This document shows, piece after piece, positions 1-5,428 of a stretch of DNA of 14,283 nt (position 1 is the first letter of the stretch; the number at the start of each line of letters is the position of its first letter). The DNA comes from a bacterium (GTDB taxonomy: Bacteria; SZUA-182; DTGQ01): assembly GCA_040752695.1 (NCBI GenBank), contig JBFMGO010000135.1, positions 1-14,283 on the forward strand. Reading direction: 5' to 3'. Under the pieces are notes generated by a model. It was given only the letters and a program-made list of their open reading frames with translations. It was not told where the DNA came from and did not search any database. Position numbers and translations under genes: made by a program.

Positions 1-1
1 T

Positions 2-166
2 ATCGAAGCTATCAAATTGGGTATGGAATTGAAATTCGGATTAGAAGGATTAAAGCTGTTGCCGAGGATAGAAAAAGAAAAGGACATAACCAGACTGGAT
101 ACCGTTAAAGAGGCAATAAAAATAGCCGCTACCGTAAAAGAGATAGAAGAATTGCTTATTGGCTAA
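2..166 (+). CDS. 3' end of a gene truncated by the window edge; C-terminus resembles Rpn/YhgA-like (recombination-promoting nuclease/putative transposase, DUF4351-like tail) proteins
   Basis: Frame 2 is open from the window start to TAA at 164-166: IEAIKLGMELKFGLEGLKLLPRIEKEKDITRLDTVKEAIKIAATVKEIEELLIG*. The 'LxxKFGxEGLxLLxxI...AIxxAxxxxEIxxLL' pattern is what I recognise from the helical C-terminal tail of Rpn-family proteins. About 37% GC by count of the first 180 nt. The nuclease domain is outside the window. Confidence 0.6.
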   Translation: MEAIKLGMELKFGLEGLKLLPRIEKEKDITRLDTVKEAIKIAATVKEIEELLIG

Positions 167-250
167 GCGTCTATCCAAAAATAGGACTTTAGGTAAAAAT
201 TCCTCCATCCTTATTCTAAAAATAGGGAAGGAGATATTTTAGAATAGGCT
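167..250. repeat. Short element with imperfect terminal inverted repeats and an internal hairpin (possible MITE-like remnant)
   Basis: GTCTATCCAAAAATA (169-183) matches the reverse complement of TATTTTAGAATAGGC (235-249) at 12/15. TATTCTAAAA (212-221) is a perfect inverted repeat of TTTTAGAATA (237-246). Confidence 0.35.
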
Positions 251-261
251 TGATGAAAGTA

Positions 262-296
262 ATGGTGATGCATTAACCGTTGTGGTGCATTACCAT
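262..296 (+). other. Stem-loop, 14-bp stem (3 G-U pairs) with 7-nt loop; possible terminator or mRNA 3'-end structure of the upstream gene
   Basis: ATGGTGATGCATTA (262-275) pairs with TGGTGCATTACCAT (283-296), loop ACCGTTG. There is no clear U-tract on the + strand. Confidence 0.4.
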
Positions 297-435
297 AATA
301 TGACCAATTGACAGCTTTGCAGTGCCAAGTCAGTTATCATCAGCTATCGGCAGCAGCAAAACCTGTAGTTGCAGGGCCTGTAGCCGCAAGGCTCGGAGTC
401 TTGCGAAATCGAAATAAAAGTGTGGGATTCGTCGT

Positions 436-3201
436 GTGAAAAAGTCTTTCCATCTGCTCGCGTTATTACTTTTACTCTTGCCCCTGTCTGTTTGCCTTCT
501 CTCATGCTCTCAGCCCCAACCGAGAGTTTGCTTCAAGAATGGCCGTCCATATTGCCTTACCTCAGACAGGATACAGGTAATCACCTGGGATGCCTGCTAC
601 CGGCGTGGAGTGAGCTGTATGGAAGGTCAGTGCTGGGAATATGCCATTGAAGAGTTCCAGCAGGCCATAGATCTTCGTCCCAAAGACCAGAGGCAGGTCA
701 GGGCTTATGGCATGCATTTTCGTGAAGAGTATTTCCCGCATCGCGAATTGGGGATCTGTTACTACCGCATGGGAAGGATCGAGGATGCCATTGAGGAGCT
801 TGAACTGTCCATGAGCCAGACTCCATCCGCCAGAGCCAAATATTATTTGAATCAGGGCCGACGCTCCTACCTCTTGGATAACAACCTGGACACCTCCCCG
901 CCGGTCATCCGCCTGGAACTCTCCCCAACAGAGCCTTCAATGAATTCTCCTGTGGAATCTCCAACGAAGTCACCAGGGAAGTCTCTCGTAACATCTCTCG
1001 TGAAACTCTCCCAGGAGGAATATCTGACCAATCAAACGCCCTTTCACCTTCAGGGCACAGTGATGGATGACCGGTATGTAGCCTTTATCTCGGTTAACCA
1101 AAAGCCTTTGTTTATCGAGCTGGCTGAAGACACGGTCCCTTTTTCCGTACCTGTCGATCTTGCACCGGAGGGCTGGAACTCCGTACAGGTTGAAGCAAGG
1201 GATCTTGTTGATCAAAAGGTTCAGCAGAGCATCAGGGTATATCTGGACACACAGGGTCCCCTGGTTATCAGCCATTTCATCCAGCAAATGGATCAACCGC
1301 CATATCAGACGGAAGGCGAAGAGGAAGGCGCAGGTGAAATCAATAGAGCCGAAGGCGAAACCAAAGCTGAAGCTGAAAATGGAGCCAATGGAGCCAATGA
1401 AACCAATGGAGCCAACGAAGCCGATGAAGCCAGTGGAACCGGCGGAACAGAATGGGGGAAGCCCCGCCAAATCATCCTGACTGTCGTACTCTATGATCGC
1501 TCCGGAATCACATCCTTCAAGCTGGACCAAAGGGAATCGACCAGAACCGGCCTTGACCAGCTTTGCCTTATTGAGCAGAACATTTCCCTTACTCCCGGTG
1601 TTGAGGCGATCTCCTTCCAAGCGCAGGATCGGGCAGGGAATATTACCCAGGGGCAAATCTCCCTCCTTCCTGAGCGCAGGCACCTGAAACCGACCATGCA
1701 GCCAGGTCATATGAACCACTTGACCCATAAGGACCGCATAAGCAATGTGGCCCGCATGAACCGTGTGGACAACATGAACCACCTGGCCCGCGTGGCATGG
1801 AACGGCAGACCAGACGAAATCTGGCCGTGCCACGTTCCTCTGATCATGGCAGAGGCAGAGGGCAAAGGGGTCGAAGAAGATGAAGATACCTTAAGGAGCA
1901 AGGATACTACCGATGAGGCTGAAAAAAATGGCATTTACTTTGACATCACAAACCCCCCTGCTGAAGATTTTACTACCCATTACCAGGAAATTTTCCTTGA
2001 GGGCAGGATCAGAACCCGAAAGGGAATCCGGAAAATTGAGCTGAACGGCCAACAGCTTTTCAACGTTTCCGAAATCCAGTCAGTCATGGAAAAGCATATG
2101 GAAGAGCTCAGGCACAAACTCCTTGAGCAGCGAAAGGACCCTGAACGCTCTATCCAGTTACTCAGGGAAGCAATTGAAAGTTTCAATATTTATTACCTTA
2201 ATCAGAGGATTACCCTTGCAGGCAGGAATGCCGAGGAAAAAATTACTGATTTGAACCTTCGGGTAGAAGACGGCCTTGGCAACCTGGGATCAAGGCACTA
2301 CCGCATCAAAAAAGTGCCAAGAGAGGAAATTCTGAAAAGCGAGCAGCGGATGACCCTTGCGCTTTTACCTTTTGAAACTACCGCAGCATCCCGAGAGGGG
2401 AATAGCTATCTCCAGCTTCAAAGTTACCTCAATACCAAGTCCCTGGAAGCCTTCATCAGCCAGGGCAGGTTTAACCTGGTCGAGCGAGAAAAGTTCCCCA
2501 ATCTGCTGATTGAAAAAGCCATTCAACTGGAGCAATCCGGCCAACCGGGCCAACCACCAGGGCAATCAAGACAGCCAGTGCAACCAGTGCGGCCAGGACA
2601 ATCAGAACGATCAGAACAATCGTCGATCTGGTCAGGCCGGTCAATTCAGTCAAGCCAATCAGGCCAGCCAGCCCAATCATGGGGAGGAGAGACTTATCAG
2701 GCCGATAGAGCCCAAAAGATCGGCCAGATGGTGGCAGCAGAAGGGGTCATTTGCGGCTATATCCAAAAGAGGGAGGACGGAACCGAGATCCTGGCCAGAT
2801 TCGTCGAGGTCAAGACCGGCATCATCCGCCTGTATCATGATGTCTTTACCCCAGAAGAGAGCAGGGAAAGCCTGGATACCATAACCGCTGGCCTGGCCAT
2901 GAAGTTCCGGGATGCCTTTCCCATTTGCGCAGGGTCGATTATTGCCCGTAAGGGAAAGGTCATTCGGGTTGATTTTGGCTCGGAAAAGGGGATCTTTCCG
3001 GGCATGATCTACAATATCTTCGAGGATGAACAGGATCTCATCGCCAGGGCCAGCATCAGCGAAGTAGGGAAAGGATCATCCGAGGCCGAGATCTCCGAAG
3101 GAGAAGAAGGCGAAGGAAATAAGAGCAATAGAGGGAATGAAGGAGATAAAAAGGCAAAAATCAGCAGGATCAAGGCAGGTTACCGCGTGAGGACGAGGTA
3201 A
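436..3201 (+). CDS. Putative lipoprotein: TPR repeats + Ig-like domains + CsgG/TolB_N-like alpha/beta domain + FlgT C-terminal-like domain (921 aa)
   Basis: GTG start. Signal peptide MKKSFHLLALLLLLLPLSVCLLS-C with lipobox-like LLSC (Cys codon 505-507). TPR motifs at ~586-860 (YRRGVSCMEGQCWEYAIEEFQQAIDLRP; HRELGICYYRMGRIEDAIEELELSMSQTP). Ig-like modules starting DTSPPVI and DTQGPLV and ending ARDLVDQ, AQDRAGN, VEDGLGN. CsgG/TolB_N-like domain ~2350-2922 (TLALLPF...GRFNLVERE...AQKIGQMVAAEGVICGYI...ILARFVEVKTG). FlgT_C-like domain ~2923-3198 (GSIIARKGKVIRVDFGSEKGIFPGMIYNIF). Confidence 0.85.
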   Translation: MKKSFHLLALLLLLLPLSVCLLSCSQPQPRVCFKNGRPYCLTSDRIQVITWDACYRRGVSCMEGQCWEYAIEEFQQAIDLRPKDQRQVRAYGMHFREEYFPHRELGICYYRMGRIEDAIEELELSMSQTPSARAKYYLNQGRRSYLLDNNLDTSPPVIRLELSPTEPSMNSPVESPTKSPGKSLVTSLVKLSQEEYLTNQTPFHLQGTVMDDRYVAFISVNQKPLFIELAEDTVPFSVPVDLAPEGWNSVQVEARDLVDQKVQQSIRVYLDTQGPLVISHFIQQMDQPPYQTEGEEEGAGEINRAEGETKAEAENGANGANETNGANEADEASGTGGTEWGKPRQIILTVVLYDRSGITSFKLDQRESTRTGLDQLCLIEQNISLTPGVEAISFQAQDRAGNITQGQISLLPERRHLKPTMQPGHMNHLTHKDRISNVARMNRVDNMNHLARVAWNGRPDEIWPCHVPLIMAEAEGKGVEEDEDTLRSKDTTDEAEKNGIYFDITNPPAEDFTTHYQEIFLEGRIRTRKGIRKIELNGQQLFNVSEIQSVMEKHMEELRHKLLEQRKDPERSIQLLREAIESFNIYYLNQRITLAGRNAEEKITDLNLRVEDGLGNLGSRHYRIKKVPREEILKSEQRMTLALLPFETTAASREGNSYLQLQSYLNTKSLEAFISQGRFNLVEREKFPNLLIEKAIQLEQSGQPGQPPGQSRQPVQPVRPGQSERSEQSSIWSGRSIQSSQSGQPAQSWGGETYQADRAQKIGQMVAAEGVICGYIQKREDGTEILARFVEVKTGIIRLYHDVFTPEESRESLDTITAGLAMKFRDAFPICAGSIIARKGKVIRVDFGSEKGIFPGMIYNIFEDEQDLIARASISEVGKGSSEAEISEGEEGEGNKSNRGNEGDKKAKISRIKAGYRVRTR
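922..1005 (+). repeat. In-frame degenerate 12-bp tandem array (SPTE PSMN SPVE SPTK SPGK SLVT SLVK)
   Basis: Units tctcctgtggaa / tctccaacgaag / tcaccagggaag / tctctcgtaaca / tctctcgtgaaa. AACTCTCCC is repeated at both borders (917-925 and 1004-1012). Confidence 0.75.
1378..1449 (+). repeat. In-frame 9-bp tandem array x8 (NGA NGA NET NGA NEA DEA SGT GGT)
   Basis: aatggagcc aatggagcc aatgaaacc aatggagcc aacgaagcc gatgaagcc agtggaacc ggcggaaca. Confidence 0.9.
1708..1797 (+). repeat. In-frame degenerate 9-bp tandem array x10 (HMN HLT HKD RIS NVA RMN RVD NMN HLA RVA)
   Basis: catatgaac cacttgacc cataaggac cgcataagc aatgtggcc cgcatgaac cgtgtggac aacatgaac cacctggcc cgcgtggca. Confidence 0.7.
2533..2682 (+). 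repeat. In-frame 9-bp tandem array (Q-[SP]-x tripeptides) inserted in the CsgG-like domain
   Basis: caatccggc caaccgggc caaccacca ... cagccagtg caaccagtg cggccagga caatcagaa cgatcagaa ... cagtcaagc caatcaggc cagccagcc caatcatgg. Confidence 0.85.
3097..3159 (+). repeat. In-frame purine-rich 9-bp array (EGE EGE GNK SNR GNE GDK KAK) in the FlgT_C-like domain
   Basis: gaaggagaa gaaggcgaa ggaaataag agcaataga gggaatgaa ggagataaa aaggcaaaa. The paralog has only IIEGEKIGEI at this position. Confidence 0.65.
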
Positions 3202-3302
3202 GGGAAATGTCGAGTGAGGAGGGGATGCGGCAGGGAGAGGATGGGATGCGGCAGGAAAAGGTGTGTGAAGATAGGGGGAAATGTGAGTGAAGACGAGGTG
3301 AA
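3202..3302 (+). repeat. Intergenic purine-rich patchwork repeat including a 21-bp (3x7) tandem duplication
   Basis: gaggaggggatgcggcaggga (3216-3236) / gaggatgggatgcggcaggaa (3237-3257). GGGAAATGT(C)GAGTGA occurs at 3202 and 3276. GTGA(G/A)GACGAGGT occurs at 3187 and 3287. Confidence 0.75.
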
Positions 3303-3339
3303 GTAATCCACCGCCAGCTTTTAGTTGAGCCAAGGTCAA

Positions 3340-3502
3340 GGGAGATATAATATGCACTTTGTAAAAAAGTAATGTGGAGGTTAAGGACGACAAAACTGAA
3401 TTGGGCTGCAATAACTGAAATATTGGATAATTTACATATTAAATAATTCGATACTAGCTTCACTGATAAGTAATAAATAGCGTCGTAGGGTTAACAGTAT
3501 TC
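3340..3502 (+). promoter_or_regulatory. AT-rich upstream region, possible internal promoter for the 3503 gene
   Basis: Markedly AT-rich compared with the flanking CDSs. Best sigma70-like pair is TTTACA (3431-3436) - 18 nt - TAGCTT (3455-3460), which is a weak match. Confidence 0.25.
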
Positions 3503-5245
3503 ATGCAAAAAGTAATATTTCATAAAAAGGTACCGTTTACTATTAAACTTGGTTCATGCCTCTCCACCATGCTCTTCTACTGTCTTATGTTCAGCTCATG
3601 GAGCTTTGGCTCTAACCCAAGCGCCCTACCTTTCTTGATGTCTCGGATAACCTCACAAAAGCCTCTTCTATCCTCAACTCCTCAGTCAGTGCCTAATAAA
3701 TCTCTCCTATCCCATCAGGCGGTATCCATTAACCAGGTATACTCTAGTCATCAGGCTTCCTCTATTTCCTCCGAAAATGCGGGCGTTGCCCCCATCATCA
3801 CTATCAGCCACCCTTCAGCGGAAAAGCTGACTACTCCCCACCGGCAGGTTTTTCTGGAAGGAAAGATTCAGGCACAAAACGGCCTCCGCCGGATAGTGCT
3901 CAACGGGCAAGAGCTCTTCAATAGGGCGGAGCTTGATTTACTTATCAAAAAAACCTGGCCGGATCTCAAGCAAGGAAAGCAAGGGAGTGCAACGCAAAAC
4001 CGGGACCTGCCAAGAAGCCAGGAACTGTCAAAAGTCCAAACCCCATCCAAGATGCAACAAACCCTTACGAGCAGCCTGGACAAGTATACTCTGTATTACC
4101 TGAATCAGATCTGCCCCCTGAAAGAAGGCTATAACAGGCTGGATCTTCTGGCAGAGGATAACCAGGGCCATAGAGCCATAAGGAGGATTGATATCCGCTC
4201 TATCCAGCCGGAGGAAAGCTCCTGGAGTCCTGGGAGCCCTGAAGGTTCTGTCAGCGATGACGGCAGCCCTGTAAGCCCCGCAAGCCCAGTGAGCCCTGGG
4301 AACCCTGCAAGCCCTGGAGCTGAAAGCCAGCATCGGATGATTCTGGCTCTTATTCCTCCAGCAAAAAAGGCGGCAGGGAACGAGAATCTTCCTGCTCCAT
4401 CCTCCAAAACCGATACAGCAGGTAAGGCGGGCATTGTAAGTGCAATAGACGCAGCAGGAGCAGCAGATATGGCAGGTACAACGGATGTGGATTTAGATGC
4501 ATCAGGCACTGCACATCCAGCGAATGCAGCAAATTCAGCCGGCGTCCCTCATAATGGCGATGATCTTTCAGATTACATCTACCACCGCCTCAACGAATCA
4601 TTCACTCGACAGGCACGTTTTCGCCTGGTCGAGCGGGACAAACTCCCCTGGCTCCTGATCGAAAAAGTCATCCAGGCTCAAGGCACTTCGCAAAGCATTT
4701 CCCAAGGGGCATCGCAAACTGTCTCGCAAGGAGCATCGCAAACTGCCTCTCGAGGCATTAATCAAGCCATGACTCAGCAGGAAATTGCCCGCCAGATCGG
4801 TCAATTTACTCCTGCCGAAGGGGTAATTTTCATGGAGGTGGAAAAACAGGATAATGGTATCGAGATCCTGGCCAGGCTGGTGAATCTTACGAGCGTCACG
4901 CTGGCTTTCCACAAGGTTTTTGCACCGGTCAGCGAACCACTGAGCCATCAGGATTTCGAGGAATTGAATACCATCATCTCTGGTCTGGCCATGAAATTCC
5001 GCGACTCCCTCCCCCTCCTAACCGGGACTGTGCTGGCCAGGGAAGGATCAACCATCCGGGTAAATCTTGGTTCAAAAAAGGGAATTTTGCGTGGAATGTG
5101 GTATAATATAATAAACGCCAGGGGACGAGGAGTACTCTGCCGGGCAGTCGTCGAGGCGGTAGCCAAAGAAACATCCAGAGCCAGGATTATCGAGGGAGAA
5201 AAAATCGGGGAAATCAGGCCGGGTTGCCAAGTAAGTACCCGGTAG
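3503..5245 (+). CDS. Exported protein: Ig-like + CsgG/TolB_N-like + FlgT_C-like domains; TPR-less paralog of the 436..3201 gene (580 aa)
   Basis: N-terminal signal-like segment (...MLFYCLMFSSWSFG). Colinear similarity to the C-terminal half of the upstream protein: TISHPSAEKLTTPHRQVFLEGKIQAQNGLRRIVLNGQELFN vs DITNPPAEDFTTHYQEIFLEGRIRTRKGIRKIELNGQQLFN; RFRLVERDKLPWLLIEK vs RFNLVEREKFPNLLIEK; GLAMKFRDSLP vs GLAMKFRDAFP; IRVNLGSKKGILRGMWYNI vs IRVDFGSEKGIFPGMIYNI. Confidence 0.85.
   Translation: MQKVIFHKKVPFTIKLGSCLSTMLFYCLMFSSWSFGSNPSALPFLMSRITSQKPLLSSTPQSVPNKSLLSHQAVSINQVYSSHQASSISSENAGVAPIITISHPSAEKLTTPHRQVFLEGKIQAQNGLRRIVLNGQELFNRAELDLLIKKTWPDLKQGKQGSATQNRDLPRSQELSKVQTPSKMQQTLTSSLDKYTLYYLNQICPLKEGYNRLDLLAEDNQGHRAIRRIDIRSIQPEESSWSPGSPEGSVSDDGSPVSPASPVSPGNPASPGAESQHRMILALIPPAKKAAGNENLPAPSSKTDTAGKAGIVSAIDAAGAADMAGTTDVDLDASGTAHPANAANSAGVPHNGDDLSDYIYHRLNESFTRQARFRLVERDKLPWLLIEKVIQAQGTSQSISQGASQTVSQGASQTASRGINQAMTQQEIARQIGQFTPAEGVIFMEVEKQDNGIEILARLVNLTSVTLAFHKVFAPVSEPLSHQDFEELNTIISGLAMKFRDSLPLLTGTVLAREGSTIRVNLGSKKGILRGMWYNIINARGRGVLCRAVVEAVAKETSRARIIEGEKIGEIRPGCQVSTR
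4217..4318 (+). repeat. In-frame 9-bp tandem array (SPx tripeptides) in an interdomain linker
   Basis: agtcctggg agccctgaa ... agccctgta agccccgca agcccagtg agccctggg aaccctgca agccctgga. Confidence 0.9.
4412..4540 (+). repeat. In-frame degenerate 9-bp array (DTA GKA ... DAA GAA DMA GTT ... NAA NSA) in the first loop of the CsgG-like domain
   Basis: gatacagca ggtaaggcg ... gacgcagca ggagcagca gatatggca ggtacaacg ... gatgcatca ggcactgca catccagcg aatgcagca aattcagcc. Confidence 0.7.
4682..4777 (+). repeat. In-frame 12-bp (higher-order 24-bp) tandem array (GTSQ SISQ GASQ TVSQ GASQ TASR GINQ AMTQ)
   Basis: ggcacttcgcaa agcatttcccaa ggggcatcgcaa actgtctcgcaa ggagcatcgcaa actgcctctcga ggcattaatcaa gccatgactcag. 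Confidence 0.85.
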
Positions 5246-5308
5246 GGTATCCAAAACCAAAAAAGTGTGGCTATAAACACACGAAAAGCGGTTCGGCCAG
5301 GTAGTAAG

Positions 5309-5428
5309 GTGCAGGAAAACGTGCAGGAAGATATGTAGGAAGATGTGTAGGAAGATATGCGCAACAACGCGCATGAAAATATGCACCAAAATATGCAATA
5401 AAGTATACACCAAAGTATATAAAAAGAG
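5309..5428 (+). repeat. 12-bp tandem array x10 with progressive unit drift, straddling the predicted start of the giant gene
   Basis: gtgcaggaaaac gtgcaggaagat atgtaggaagat gtgtaggaagat atgcgcaacaac gcgcatgaaaat atgcaccaaaat atgcaataaagt atacaccaaagt atataaaaagag. Confidence 0.85.

Noticed and set aside
308..340. Sigma70 promoter TTGACA (308-313) with TATCAT (335-340)
   Set aside because: The spacer is 21 nt, outside the 16-18 nt range, and there is no good -10 at the proper distance.
350..410. Superficial resemblance to a c-di-GMP-I (GEMM) riboswitch (GCAAAACCTGT...GCAGGG; GGGCCTGTAGCCGCAAGGCT)
   Set aside because: It lacks the GNRA-capped P1, the G(A/G)CGCAAAGC junction and the 3' CAGCC pairing segment. 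A 15-bp tandem duplication explains it better. An Rfam scan would settle it.
970..1833. 287-aa minus-strand ORF and the many other short ORFs in the track overlapping the large genes
   Set aside because: They are shadow frames of GC-rich genes. Their low-complexity segments are the tandem arrays read in other frames, and they show no recognisable domains.
3202..3245. G-quadruplex in the purine-rich spacer
   Set aside because: Four G3+ runs exist but the loops are long (about 16, 8 and 7 nt). This is a weak candidate, adequately explained by the repeat patchwork.
436..5245. Assigning gene symbols csgG or flgT
   Set aside because: There is only domain-level resemblance within much larger multidomain proteins, and no curli or flagellar gene context.
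5309..5428. CRISPR array (here or at any other repeat in the window)
   Set aside because: Units are short, contiguous and degenerate, with no constant repeat separated by unique spacers, and there are no cas genes.
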